64,000 nt of DNA from Promethearchaeota archaeon (GTDB lineage: Archaea > Asgardarchaeota > Lokiarchaeia > Sigyniarchaeales > SOKP01): the NCBI GenBank assembly GCA_019057865.1, contig JAHLWP010000008.1:68424-132423 (forward strand), given 5' to 3'. The notes below the pieces were generated by a model. It worked only from the letters and a program-made list of their open reading frames with translations, did no database searches and was not told the origin of the DNA. Below are positions 1 through 10,287 of this stretch, piece after piece. Positions within the stretch are counted from its first letter, which is position 1; each line of letters begins with the position of its first letter. Position numbers and translations under genes: made by a program.

Positions 1-19
1 TGTTATATTTTATTCGTGC

Positions 20-907
20 CTACTTTATGTTATATTTTTCTAGCAATGCTGTTAATCTAGACCTATGAAACTTTAATCCGAGGTCATCTGGATTCTCTCC
101 AAATGCTAAAGCCATTAGTTCAGTTAGATATATTATTGGAATATTAAAAGTTTTGTTCGACTGAGTCGCTGCTTTCTTTTGATTCGTATCCATTTGTTGA
201 AAGCAAGCAGGGCAAATAACTACAAATGCTTCAGCTCCAGCATCTAGAGCACTAGTGAATTTATTGGCTAAGACTTGCAACGAGGTTTCTTCCTCAGTAT
301 TTCCTACCCCCGAACCGCAGCAAAGCATTTCTTCAGCATAATCTATTGGAGTTGCACCTGTGGCAGCAACTAGCTCTCTTAATTTTACTGGTTCCATTGG
401 ATCATCAGTTTGCATGATTTCTGAAGGTCTATTATAATGACATCCTGTATGGCATGCTATTTTTAATCCTGATAAATCACGAACTATATTTTCCTTGATT
501 TTTTCATCTTCTAACTCGTGTAAAACTTCGACAAAATGTTTTACATTGATAGTTCCTTTAAACTCTCGCCCAACCGTTTTTAAAATTTTATTTATCTTTT
601 CTTTTTCATGATCATTATGAGATAATTCATGATTTACCGCTTTTAGAGTTTGAAAGCAACCATTACATAAGGATACTATATTTTTACCTTCTTCTTCGGC
701 AATAGTAAGATTACGTGCACCCATTGCTAACCAACTAGTATGATCTACAGCATTAAATCCAACCGGGTCTGGACAACAAGCAAACGGAGCATCAGATGTT
801 TTTATTCCCAGTTTATCAAATACTTTTCTTGCTGAAGCTTCAATAAACGGAATTCTATTTCCAATTGTACACCCTTGGAACATTTTATATTCTTCTGCTT
901 TTGCCAT
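20..907 (-). CDS. hdrB: Heterodisulfide reductase subunit B (stand-alone paralog)
   Basis: Two CCG-type domains: GC..CCP..CNGC and HTGCH..CCG..CPAC; 295 aa. Confidence 0.9.
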   Translation of the reverse strand: MAKAEEYKMFQGCTIGNRIPFIEASARKVFDKLGIKTSDAPFACCPDPVGFNAVDHTSWLAMGARNLTIAEEEGKNIVSLCNGCFQTLKAVNHELSHNDHEKEKINKILKTVGREFKGTINVKHFVEVLHELEDEKIKENIVRDLSGLKIACHTGCHYNRPSEIMQTDDPMEPVKLRELVAATGATPIDYAEEMLCCGSGVGNTEEETSLQVLANKFTSALDAGAEAFVVICPACFQQMDTNQKKAATQSNKTFNIPIIYLTELMALAFGENPDDLGLKFHRSRLTALLEKYNIK

Positions 908-1061
908 GATAAGTATCTTCCTTTCTTCTTTATTAATTATTTTATTTATATCTAAGTTGGATTATATTGAGTAAATTAAAAAATTTGTTAATTCAAATTT
1001 GTTAAGTTTATTTATATAATTAAAAAAAAAGTATAAGAAAATATTTTTTCTGAAATTGTTA

Positions 1062-1493
1062 TTAATCTTTCTTTAATTTCATTCGGGCAATAATAGTTAA
1101 TATGACACCTAAGAAACCATAACTACCATGGATAGTTTCAATAACAATTTGATCCAGTTCCTCGAGAATTGAACCTTCAACTATACCTGTGATTAAAAAA
1201 ATTAATAAACTAATCAATCCCATACCAGCCCCGATTCCAATAATAAATTTACCTAATCTATAATGATCCATTGCAACAATTAAAGAACCGACTATAACAG
1301 AGATTCCTCCTGCCATGGCGATATATCCTAAGATTTGGATAACAAGGGAAACAATTTTAGCCACATCTTCTCCAACATCAGCTTCAATTAAATCAAAAAG
1401 AGTTTCAAAAAATGTAATACTCCCTATAACAGAACCGATTATCATTAAAATTCCGCCAATTATACATAGTAATATCCATTTTTTATTTTCCAT
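1062..1493 (-). CDS. Small multi-pass membrane protein, paralog of 2554..3111
   Basis: About four hydrophobic segments; shares GGI.VIVG and YRLGKF.IG motifs with 2554..3111. Confidence 0.75.
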   Translation of the reverse strand: MENKKWILLCIIGGILMIIGSVIGSITFFETLFDLIEADVGEDVAKIVSLVIQILGYIAMAGGISVIVGSLIVAMDHYRLGKFIIGIGAGMGLISLLIFLITGIVEGSILEELDQIVIETIHGSYGFLGVILTIIARMKLKKD

Positions 1494-1618
1494 TGTTTTT
1501 CTAACCTTTTTTAATTAATTTTTACTATATTTAAAAATTCAAAGTATAAATTTTTACAAATAATTATTAACTACTTTAATTAAGAGCATTTAAATATTTC
1601 TTTAATAAAAGATTAGAA

Positions 1619-2434
1619 CTAAATTAAAATTCTTTCAGGATGAGAATAAATATTCATTCTTGCTCCCCTTACAAATCCTATTAATGTAATTCCATAAGCA
1701 AAAGCTAACCTTATACCGGATTCTATTGCTGCTGATAAAGATGCAACAATCGGAATCTGGGCCCTAATTGCTTTTAAAACAGAATCTCCTGTTAATCTGC
1801 CTGTTGATATTAATATTAGGTTTTGAAAATGATGTTCTTTTAACAATAAATCCCCTATGACTTTATCAATTGCGTTGTGTCTACCAATATCTTCTTTGAC
1901 ACTTATTAAATTGCCTTCTAAATCAGAAATAGCGGCACCATGACATCCACCAGTTTCCCGATATAATTTTGTTTTTATTTGCATTTCTTTAATAGCAGAA
2001 TATATTATATTTGATTTGATTTTAAAAGTTGATTTTCTTTTAAGAGATTCTTTTACTTCATACTTTTCTAAACTGTTCTTTATGATATTTCTCCAAGGAG
2101 ATGAAATTCCACATGTTGTATCAACAACTCTACTAACAGGGTTTATCTCAAGATCTTTCAAACTGAAATCTATAGAATCATCTAATTCAATGAAGATTTT
2201 CTTTTCCAACTCTTTTACATTAATAGATTTTACTTCTTTTATTGAATTGATTATTCCAATAGAGAATAAAAATCCAGCACTCAATTCTTTAAGATCTTTA
2301 GGCAAACAAATAATATTAACTAAGGATTCAGAGTTTACAATTATATCTATAGGGCTTTCAATAAGAATTAAATCATCTTCTTCACTTCTTTGATTTTTCT
2401 TTATCCGAGTAATATTTACCTTTCGCTGAAACAA
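1619..2434 (-). CDS. fdhD: Formate/formylmethanofuran dehydrogenase accessory sulfurtransferase FdhD
   Basis: TGGCHGAA, EDIGRHNAIDKVIG and TLIGFVR motifs; next to the fwd operon. Confidence 0.9.
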   Translation of the reverse strand: MFQRKVNITRIKKNQRSEEDDLILIESPIDIIVNSESLVNIICLPKDLKELSAGFLFSIGIINSIKEVKSINVKELEKKIFIELDDSIDFSLKDLEINPVSRVVDTTCGISSPWRNIIKNSLEKYEVKESLKRKSTFKIKSNIIYSAIKEMQIKTKLYRETGGCHGAAISDLEGNLISVKEDIGRHNAIDKVIGDLLLKEHHFQNLILISTGRLTGDSVLKAIRAQIPIVASLSAAIESGIRLAFAYGITLIGFVRGARMNIYSHPERILI

Positions 2435-2553
2435 AATTCTGACCTTGAGATGAATTGAATTCCTTTTTTTAGGATTTCAATATCTTTTTTATCAATAATA
2501 TAGTTTTTATTAAAATAATAAGTGAAAAAATAAATTCTAAAATTAAATTTTAA

Positions 2554-3111
2554 CTAAGTTCCTTCGTTTTCTTCAAAAATATCTTCTTTTTTTTCTAGTT
2601 TTACTTCTTGTTTTACTTTTTTAGGTTTTTTAGGTTCCTTAGGTTCTTTAGATTCCTTAGGTTTTTTAATAAACGATCTTCCGATTATTGCAACTAATAC
2701 TCCTGTAAATGCTAAGCCCGTATTATAAGAAAAAAAATCTTCTAGTCTATCTAAATAAGCTATAATTTCTGGATCAGTGACTATGTCAGTTCTATGTACA
2801 ACTTCAGAAGCAATCCAGATAATAAGAGCTAGCGACCCAAATGTTAAACCAACACCTATGAGAAATTTCCCTAATCTATACTGATTTACTAAAATAAAGA
2901 GTGTTCCGACAATGACTGCAATACCTCCGGTATCTGCTATGATTCTTAGAACTATTATTGCAACTTTTCCTATTGGTACATAGTCTGGAGGAATTTCTTC
3001 AGACACATATTCCCAAAGAAATTCATAAATACCGATAGATCCAATTGCAGCACTAATGACCATGCAAATTCCGCCCAAAAACAACATAATTATTCCTGTC
3101 TTATGTTTCAT
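2554..3111 (-). CDS. Membrane protein with Lys/Pro/Glu-rich tail
   Basis: Hydrophobic segments homologous to 1062..1493; KKPKESKEPKEPKKPKK tail. Confidence 0.75.
   Translation of the reverse strand: MKHKTGIIMLFLGGICMVISAAIGSIGIYEFLWEYVSEEIPPDYVPIGKVAIIVLRIIADTGGIAVIVGTLFILVNQYRLGKFLIGVGLTFGSLALIIWIASEVVHRTDIVTDPEIIAYLDRLEDFFSYNTGLAFTGVLVAIIGRSFIKKPKESKEPKEPKKPKKVKQEVKLEKKEDIFEENEGT
2621..2665. repeat. Five tandem 9-bp units (TTAGRTTYY) encoding the K/E-P-K tail
   Basis: ttaggtttt ttaggttcc ttaggttct ttagattcc ttaggtttt read directly. Confidence 0.85.
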
Positions 3112-3166
3112 TTAAACACCATTATAAACTTGAAATTTTTAAATAATACTATAAAAAATTATAATT

Positions 3167-3976
3167 TTATATGGCAATATATATTTTACCAGTTGATTCC
3201 TTAGTTACCGAATGATCTCCACTATACTCAATAAACTTACCTGTAATTTTTTCTCCATTCGGTAATTCAATTTCTTTCACTTCACCTACTTTTTTAAAGG
3301 AGGGAAGTCTTCTTGAAACTTTACCTTTAATAACAATAATACCTCGCGCTTGATCGGCACCAGCACACCTATCGCAATCTCCTTCTACAACAATAGTACC
3401 ACCATGGTTATGAATCCCAAGAAGTGCTCCTGCACTTCCACAATATAATGTTGGCCATCTATTGTTTGGTTTTGAACTTCTTGCCCAAAGCATGGATTCA
3501 TTTCCGACTTTACCTTTTACCTTTATTACTCCATTTTTCATACCCTGCCAATTGCCTCTATACGCTGCTCCGACATAATGACCTGCATCTCCCATTATTT
3601 CTAATTCGCCACCTTGGAGCATGGCACCTGCCCAATCATCAGCATTTCCATTCACTAAAATTTTTCCCCCAAACATATTATTTCCCACATGCATTCCAAC
3701 ATTACCATTTATAATTATCTCACCACCACTCATTTGCTCTCCAATTCTTTTCACGTTTGATAGATCTCCATCAATAATTATTGTAGTATCATTAACATTA
3801 CCTGATTTTCCAGAAACACTAAAATAATCTCCTATTACAATATTTTCATTTCCATGGTATAATGGCAACTTTTTAATTCCATCAAGAGTTTTTCCAGCAA
3901 AATTATCTGGTGTTATACTTTCTGCTTCTAAAGGGAATTTAGGCTGCTTTTTTAATTTCAACTTTATCTCTGCCAT
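3167..3976 (-). CDS. fwdC: Formylmethanofuran dehydrogenase subunit C
   Basis: GXGXG beta-helix repeats (MSGGEIIINGNVG, GAAYRG..GM..G); follows fwdB. Confidence 0.92.
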   Translation of the reverse strand: MAEIKLKLKKQPKFPLEAESITPDNFAGKTLDGIKKLPLYHGNENIVIGDYFSVSGKSGNVNDTTIIIDGDLSNVKRIGEQMSGGEIIINGNVGMHVGNNMFGGKILVNGNADDWAGAMLQGGELEIMGDAGHYVGAAYRGNWQGMKNGVIKVKGKVGNESMLWARSSKPNNRWPTLYCGSAGALLGIHNHGGTIVVEGDCDRCAGADQARGIIVIKGKVSRRLPSFKKVGEVKEIELPNGEKITGKFIEYSGDHSVTKESTGKIYIAI

Positions 3977-3979
3977 TAC

Positions 3980-5308
3980 TTACTCTCCCATTTTTTCCTT
4001 TATTTTTTCAATTAATTTTTCCAATATTTCTTTATCAGATAAGCAATCTTCAGGAGCATCTTTCACTTTTCTTAGTCTTATAGGAACATTATCCATGCGG
4101 TAAGCAGTTCCTTCACATTCAATTCCTGCAATTGCTGCTGGGAAATTAATGTCAGCATTCACAGAAGTTGGTGTTTCGTGGGGTTCAATAGAAATTAAAG
4201 GATGTTTAAATAAATTTTTAACGGAAGCCGCTGGAAAATTACTCGCAGGATCAGATGCTACTATTAAGGATGCATCAATTTCATCTTTCATTAAAAGATC
4301 TACTGCTGAAAATTCTCCGGGATTATATCGGGGATATCCTTTTGAGAAATCAATAGAATAAGCATAACCAGTATTCCAAGCAAAAACGGTATTAGCTCCA
4401 GTTACATTATAATGACCTCGCATAGGCATTAGTAGAAATTTAGTATGATCGTTAAGTTCTCTAACTAAGGAAATGGCAGCATCTATGTTTCTATGGTGAG
4501 CTAATGAATGAGTTAACCCCATACCAAAAAATATAACTCCAAAGTTACATGTCTTTAAAATTTTAACTAATTCTTTGATCTTTTCCATTGGAACACCTGA
4601 AATTTCCTTTTCATCTAATTCTACTCCTCTTAACATTGCTCTAATAGCATTTATTAATTCATAATCTTCGTTAGGCTTTATCTGAACATAGAGATCTGCT
4701 ATTTGGGCAGTGTGAGTGTTTCTGGGATCAACAACGACAATATATCTGTCATATCTGCCATCTTTTCTAAAATATCCTCTTACAAACTCACTATACCTCC
4801 CAAGATGCCTTGGATGAGCATGAACTGGATTGGATCCCCAAAAGATCACAAGATCTGCCCTATTTTTAAAATCACCCAAAGTTGCCATAGGAGCTCCCAC
4901 ATCTTGGATTGCCAATAAACTAGGACCATGACAAACTGAAGCCGTGTTATCTAAAATTCCACCTAACAACTCTGCTAACTCAACACCTTTACTTTGAGCT
5001 TCGCATTCTGTACTAGAAAAACCATAAAGTAAGGATCTTTTGGTATTAATTAAAATTTCTGCGGCTTTATCAAATGCTTCATCCCAAGATACTTCTTTAA
5101 ATGATTTATTGTCTCTGATCCGAGGTTTGGTGTATCTATGTCCGCTTGGATTTGATGAAAAGAATTTTTTTGTGCCAATTTGACAACCATTCCTTACTTC
5201 CACAATCGTTTCTTCTTTAATATCTACATCAACTTCTAAATCATCGCATAAAGTTCCGCAAAAGGGACAGACAACATCTAAAACAGTCCTTAATTTCCTT
5301 TCCACCAT
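3980..5308 (-). CDS. fwdB: Formylmethanofuran dehydrogenase subunit B (Cys form)
   Basis: CPFCGTLCDD, TASVCHGP, NRADLVIFWG.NP.HAHPRH, MRGHYNV motifs. Confidence 0.95.
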   Translation of the reverse strand: MVERKLRTVLDVVCPFCGTLCDDLEVDVDIKEETIVEVRNGCQIGTKKFFSSNPSGHRYTKPRIRDNKSFKEVSWDEAFDKAAEILINTKRSLLYGFSSTECEAQSKGVELAELLGGILDNTASVCHGPSLLAIQDVGAPMATLGDFKNRADLVIFWGSNPVHAHPRHLGRYSEFVRGYFRKDGRYDRYIVVVDPRNTHTAQIADLYVQIKPNEDYELINAIRAMLRGVELDEKEISGVPMEKIKELVKILKTCNFGVIFFGMGLTHSLAHHRNIDAAISLVRELNDHTKFLLMPMRGHYNVTGANTVFAWNTGYAYSIDFSKGYPRYNPGEFSAVDLLMKDEIDASLIVASDPASNFPAASVKNLFKHPLISIEPHETPTSVNADINFPAAIAGIECEGTAYRMDNVPIRLRKVKDAPEDCLSDKEILEKLIEKIKEKMGE

Positions 5309-5310
5309 TA

Positions 5311-5706
5311 TTATGCCACCCTTAACGTTTTTATTAAATCAAGAGCATCTAAAACATTACCATTTCTAACTACTTCTACTTTTGCTTTCATCCCTTTATA
5401 AGTTGGCGTACCACATGATTGAGTATCGGGATTTACAACTTGGTTTGCCCAAGGTCCCAGAGGCATAAATATTATACCCTGATGGGGACCTTCTTCAGAA
5501 ATAGTAGAATAAGCCATTACTTCTCCAAAATCAGTAATAACTTTAACAGGAGTTCCTACAAGACAGTCTAATTTCTTAAAGTCTTCTTTATCAAATGTAC
5601 AAATAGCAGCTGCTCTTACATTTTCTTTAGTTGTTTTACCACCTTCGAGAGCAACTCCTTGATTAATTGTCCTTCCAGTTAATAAAATCAAATTGTTTAA
5701 ACTCAT
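5311..5706 (-). CDS. fwdD: Formylmethanofuran dehydrogenase subunit D
   Basis: TGRTINQG, FMPLGPWAN and GTPTYKG molybdopterin-dinucleotide-binding motifs. Confidence 0.92.
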   Translation of the reverse strand: MSLNNLILLTGRTINQGVALEGGKTTKENVRAAAICTFDKEDFKKLDCLVGTPVKVITDFGEVMAYSTISEEGPHQGIIFMPLGPWANQVVNPDTQSCGTPTYKGMKAKVEVVRNGNVLDALDLIKTLRVA

Positions 5707-6428
5707 TCTTCTTGTTCCTCTTTTTCACTCCATCTTAAAGTCTTTAATCTTTCTAATAAAGGTTCCCAAAACATCTCAACAAATTCACCAGATGTCTTAA
5801 CATCTGTAATTTCTAACTTAATTGCTCCTGTCGGACAACCATTATCGCAGGAACCGCAGAAAATGCATTTCTCTTCGTCTACAACTACATTTGGGACTGT
5901 TTCCCACCCTTTATCAGACTTTTCTGGGACTGTAATTGCTCCAGACGGACATACTTCGTAGCAGGTTTGACATCCACCAGGGCATTCTTCATCAACAATA
6001 CTTATTTTACCATCGGTATATTGTTTAGCAACCCTTTCAATTCCATCATAGCTAGTAATCTTCTTAGCTTCAAATTCCAGTTTGGGGACAACATGCTCTT
6101 TTACAATTTGGATATCATCTAATTCAATTACTTCCCCGTCCTTTTTCAGCGTTAGAGCACTAAATGGACACATGTACACACAAGTTCCGCAGAAGACGCA
6201 AGCTTCTGGGTCATAAACTTCAGGGATTATATCTTCTAAAGTCGGAAATCGACGGGATGTTCCAACTGGACCGCGAGAAATAGCATCCTTAGGACAAACT
6301 CTAGCACAGGTTCCGCAACCTATGCATTTGCTTTTGTCTAATATTAATTCTAAACTTTCAGTTAAAAACTGAACCTTTACATGTTCTGTCTCTTTACTAA
6401 TCGATCTTGATATTTTTGGAAATGAAAT
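5703..6428 (-). CDS. fwdF: Polyferredoxin FwdF-like subunit, extended 83 codons upstream of the ORF-track start; probable ATT start
   Basis: Frame is open to a TAG at 6432-6434 and adds CIGCGTCARVCP and CVFCGTCVYMCP motifs; GAGGTG lies just upstream of ATT (6428-6426). Confidence 0.75.
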   Translation of the reverse strand: MSFPKISRSISKETEHVKVQFLTESLELILDKSKCIGCGTCARVCPKDAISRGPVGTSRRFPTLEDIIPEVYDPEACVFCGTCVYMCPFSALTLKKDGEVIELDDIQIVKEHVVPKLEFEAKKITSYDGIERVAKQYTDGKISIVDEECPGGCQTCYEVCPSGAITVPEKSDKGWETVPNVVVDEEKCIFCGSCDNGCPTGAIKLEITDVKTSGEFVEMFWEPLLERLKTLRWSEKEEQEE

Positions 6429-6438
6429 TTTCTACACC

Positions 6439-6696
6439 TCATTTAACTTCTAATAATTCTAATTTGATTGCATTTACAGGGCAAAATTTGACGCAAACTC
6501 CACATCCATCACAATTATGGGTTCTATTCTCATTAAAGATATCATAAGCCATCCCATTTTTGACTAAAATTACAGCATTCTCTTGAGTTAAATAACCCAT
6601 CTCTTTTAATTGATTAAAATTTATAGGACAAGAGGTTACACAGATATTACATCCTATACAAGTGTTCTTATTTATTTTTAGTCGATAAACCTGCAT
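6439..6696 (-). CDS. fwdG: 2x[4Fe-4S] ferredoxin, FwdG-like
   Basis: CIGCNICVTSCP and CDGCGVCVKFCP; 85 aa; first gene of the fwd operon. Confidence 0.8.
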   Translation of the reverse strand: MQVYRLKINKNTCIGCNICVTSCPINFNQLKEMGYLTQENAVILVKNGMAYDIFNENRTHNCDGCGVCVKFCPVNAIKLELLEVK

Positions 6697-6980
6697 CTCT
6701 TTTCCTCATTTTCAAATAGATTAGTCGATGATTTCTTACATAGGCGTAAAATATTTGTAGATTTATAAGTATTTAATAATATCCGTCAATATTTTAAATT
6801 TTATAATTAACTTAGATTGTAGAAAGTATATTTTTTTAAAAAATTTGTTATAGGAATTAGTAAGTCATAAATTAATATAAAATTCTAAACTTATTTGTTA
6901 ATTTAAATTTATCATATTATTTTATAATATAAATTATCCTTAGTTTAAAAGAAAAAAAGAAATAAATATTATTTAAAAGT

Positions 6981-7496
6981 TCATTCATTATTAGGATGAA
7001 TAGGCTTCAAATATGGAAGATTTTTTATTTCCATCAAAGTTCCGGTAGCCTTGATCAATTTTCTGAAATCAGGTCCGGGGATTTGTAAAGTTTCGGTATT
7101 AACATTTGGATGGCAACAAACCATTTCGGCATTCCATATCTGTTCATCAACCATGAAAATCACCTTATTATTAGTATCATTAACTAATGCAATCGGAGAT
7201 ACAGCACCAGCAGTAATACCTAATATCTCAGAAAGGTCTTCAGGTTCGGCAAAGCGAACTTTTGGAGCACGTATCAATTTACGGAATTGGTTTAAATCCA
7301 GACGCTTTTCATGAGGTATGGTAACTAAATATAATTGCCCGGATTTTTTATTCTTAAGAAACAAATTTTTACAATGAGTACCCGGGATGTGTCCACAATG
7401 CACTCTCGCTTCTGGTACAGTGAACACAGCCGGGTGAGTATGTAAGACATATCGAATATAATGGTCAGCTAGCCATCGCTTTAATGAATCTTCCAT
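6981..7496 (-). CDS. ProX/PrdX-type (YbaK superfamily) aminoacyl-tRNA editing protein
   Basis: HPAVFTV, KNLFLK, LGITAGAVSP and HPNVNT motifs. Confidence 0.85.
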   Translation of the reverse strand: MEDSLKRWLADHYIRYVLHTHPAVFTVPEARVHCGHIPGTHCKNLFLKNKKSGQLYLVTIPHEKRLDLNQFRKLIRAPKVRFAEPEDLSEILGITAGAVSPIALVNDTNNKVIFMVDEQIWNAEMVCCHPNVNTETLQIPGPDFRKLIKATGTLMEIKNLPYLKPIHPNNE

Positions 7497-7667
7497 TTTT
7501 CTTACATTTAAATAAAAAATAACTGCGTTATAAGTTTTAACAATAAATTCAAAAAAAGAAGCTTACAAATTATAAAACAAATGTTTTTAAATTCTTTAAA
7601 ATCATTTCATAATATTAAAAATTAAGGTACTTCAAATAAAGAAATCTGATATATAGGGATTTAAGTT

Positions 7668-9323
7668 ATGAAAAATAATGTATTTACTTTTATTGTTGGT
7701 GGAAAAGCTGGAGAAGGTGTAAAGAAAGCAGGATCAGTAACGGCACATATTTTTTCAAGTATGGGAAGATATGTTTTTCAAATGGATGACTATATGAGCT
7801 TAATAAGAGGAGGTCATAATTTCTCAGTTGTTAGTACTTCTCAAAGATGGATCAGCAGTCATTATATGAAAGCAAATTTGATAGTAAATTTTGATAAAAG
7901 AAGCTGTGAAACTCATATTAATGATGTTGATGAGGAAGGGATTATTATTTTTAATTCAGATGAACAAGAGGATGTAGAAGGGATTGGAGTTCCATTAAGC
8001 TCGATAGCTAAAAAATATCCCCTTAAAAGCTTAATGTATGGAGTTGGGGCTGTAGCGGTTTTATCTTCTGTTATAGGTTTTAAAAAAGAAGAAATGAATC
8101 AAATCATAAAAACTGAGTATCCAAGAGGTATTGATAATAATATTTCTTTTGCAAGTGAGATATATGATATTGTAAATCCTAAATGTGGAAGTAAGTTTCC
8201 TTTAGAAAGAGGAGACTATAAGAGACCAATCATAACAGGCAATGAAGCAATAAGTTTTGGTGCGATCGCTAGTGGATTAGATACTTATTATGGATATCCA
8301 ATGACTCCAGCTTCATCAATTTTACATTTTTTAGCTAAGCAAGCCGAAAATTTTGGTTTAGCAGTTGTTCATGCTGAAAGTGAAATTGCTGTGATAAATA
8401 TGGCTATTGGTTCTGCATTCACAGGGACAAAATCTATGGTTGGTACAAGTGGAGGAGGCTTTGCACTTATGACAGAGGGCTTTTCTTTAGCAGGTATGAC
8501 AGAAACTCCCTTATTAGTGATATTATCCCAGAGACCCGGACCTGCCACTGGTGTACCTACTTATACAGAGCAAGCAGATCTAACATCTTCTCTTTCAGCT
8601 GGTCATGGAGATTTCCTGCGAATTGTAGCATCTCCTGGAACCATAGAAGAAGCCTATTATTTAACAGCGGAAATGATGGACATTGTGTGGAAATTTCAAA
8701 CACCAGGAATCCTACTTACTGAAAAACATTTATCAGAAAGTAGTATAACAGTTGATATTGAGATTGAAAAGGCTAAGTGGGCTGAACCTAAGATGCATCA
8801 AGGTGAAAATTATAAGAGATATCTTGATACGAAGGATGGTATTTCTCCTATGTTATTTCCTCCATCGAAAGAAATCATAAAATGGAATAGTTACGAACAT
8901 GATGAGTTTGGAATTACAACTGAAGATGCTAATCTGATAGAAAAGATGCATGATAAAAGAAATAAAAAAAATAGAGTAATTCAAGACTATCTGATGAACT
9001 TAAATACTGTTAATGTTTATGGAAATGGGGAACCGATAATTTTTTCCTACGGGTCTACTACCATGAGTGTATTAGAAGCACTTAAATACGGTAATATTGA
9101 AGCAACAGTAGTTCAACCTATATATTTAAATCCCATACCTATCTGGAATCTTGAAAGTTATAGAGATAAAGAGAATTTAGTCGTGGAAATGAGCTCAACA
9201 GGTCAATTTGCAACTTTACTTAAAGAAAAAATAGGGATCTCTCCTAAAGCAGAGTTAAGGCAATATAATGGAAGGCCTTTTGATCCTATTGACTTATCTA
9301 ATAAAATAAAAGAGGTGTTTTAA
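7668..9323 (+). CDS. korA: 2-oxoacid:ferredoxin oxidoreductase alpha subunit (gamma-alpha fusion)
   Basis: GGKAGEG, IRGGHN, YPMTPAS, TSGGGFALM, QRPGPATG.PT motifs. Confidence 0.88.
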   Translation: MKNNVFTFIVGGKAGEGVKKAGSVTAHIFSSMGRYVFQMDDYMSLIRGGHNFSVVSTSQRWISSHYMKANLIVNFDKRSCETHINDVDEEGIIIFNSDEQEDVEGIGVPLSSIAKKYPLKSLMYGVGAVAVLSSVIGFKKEEMNQIIKTEYPRGIDNNISFASEIYDIVNPKCGSKFPLERGDYKRPIITGNEAISFGAIASGLDTYYGYPMTPASSILHFLAKQAENFGLAVVHAESEIAVINMAIGSAFTGTKSMVGTSGGGFALMTEGFSLAGMTETPLLVILSQRPGPATGVPTYTEQADLTSSLSAGHGDFLRIVASPGTIEEAYYLTAEMMDIVWKFQTPGILLTEKHLSESSITVDIEIEKAKWAEPKMHQGENYKRYLDTKDGISPMLFPPSKEIIKWNSYEHDEFGITTEDANLIEKMHDKRNKKNRVIQDYLMNLNTVNVYGNGEPIIFSYGSTTMSVLEALKYGNIEATVVQPIYLNPIPIWNLESYRDKENLVVEMSSTGQFATLLKEKIGISPKAELRQYNGRPFDPIDLSNKIKEVF

Positions 9324-9327
9324 TAAA

Positions 9328-10167
9328 TTGGAAGATCTTAAAACTAGTGCCGAAATTACTTGGTGTCCAGGATGTGGTAATTTTGGAATCTTTACTGCCA
9401 TTCGTAATGCAATTCCAATATTAGAAAAAAATGGAATTTCGAGAGAAAAGATTGTAATGACAGCGGGTATTGGATGTCATGCTAAAATATTTGATTACTT
9501 GAATTTAAGTGGCTTTTATGGACTACATGGAAGGAATACTTCAAACTCAGAAGGTATAAAGATTGCAAATCCTGATTTAAACATAATTAATTTTTCTGGA
9601 GATGCAAATGGATTAGCAGAAGGATTAGCACATACAATGTTCGCAGCAAAAAGAAATCAAGATATGACATATATTTTACATAATAATAGTGTATATGCTC
9701 TAACAACAGGGCAATTCTCTCCATTAGCAGAAAAAGGTTGGAAAGGGCCCTCTACTCCCAGAGGAAGCTATGAAGAACCATTTAATCCAATGTCTTTAAT
9801 GATTGAGGCAGGTGCTACTTTTGTTGCAAGAGGTTTCTCTGGAGACATAAAGCATCTCACAGATATTATAGTACAAGGAGTTGAGCATGAAGGTTTCTCT
9901 TTCATAGAAGTATTACAACCTGCTGTCCCATACCATAAATGGAGAGAATATCGAGATCGTGTTGAGTATCTTGAAAAAGAACCAAAAACTTATTTTGAAG
10001 CTATTAAAACTGCCAAAGAAAAACATAAGTTTACTTTAGGAATGTTTTATAGAACTCAACGATCTGTTTATCACAAAGAATTGTACGGTGATCATAATCC
10101 CATAACTCAGAGAATAACTCGAGAAGAGAGATTGAAAAAAATTAGAGCTATACTTTTTCTTAAATAA
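9328..10167 (+). CDS. korB: 2-oxoacid:ferredoxin oxidoreductase beta subunit (TPP-binding)
   Basis: WCPGCGNF, GIGC, SGD..G and YALTTGQ.SP; TTG start. Confidence 0.88.
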   Translation: MEDLKTSAEITWCPGCGNFGIFTAIRNAIPILEKNGISREKIVMTAGIGCHAKIFDYLNLSGFYGLHGRNTSNSEGIKIANPDLNIINFSGDANGLAEGLAHTMFAAKRNQDMTYILHNNSVYALTTGQFSPLAEKGWKGPSTPRGSYEEPFNPMSLMIEAGATFVARGFSGDIKHLTDIIVQGVEHEGFSFIEVLQPAVPYHKWREYRDRVEYLEKEPKTYFEAIKTAKEKHKFTLGMFYRTQRSVYHKELYGDHNPITQRITREERLKKIRAILFLK

Positions 10168-10287
10168 TAATTTTCCATTTTTATGTTATTTTTAACAGTA
10201 CACTTATTAATTCTTGCACGAATTTTTAATTAAGCATATATTTTCTTATAAAATTCTTAGTTAAAAACATGTGTTAGGAAGATAAGT

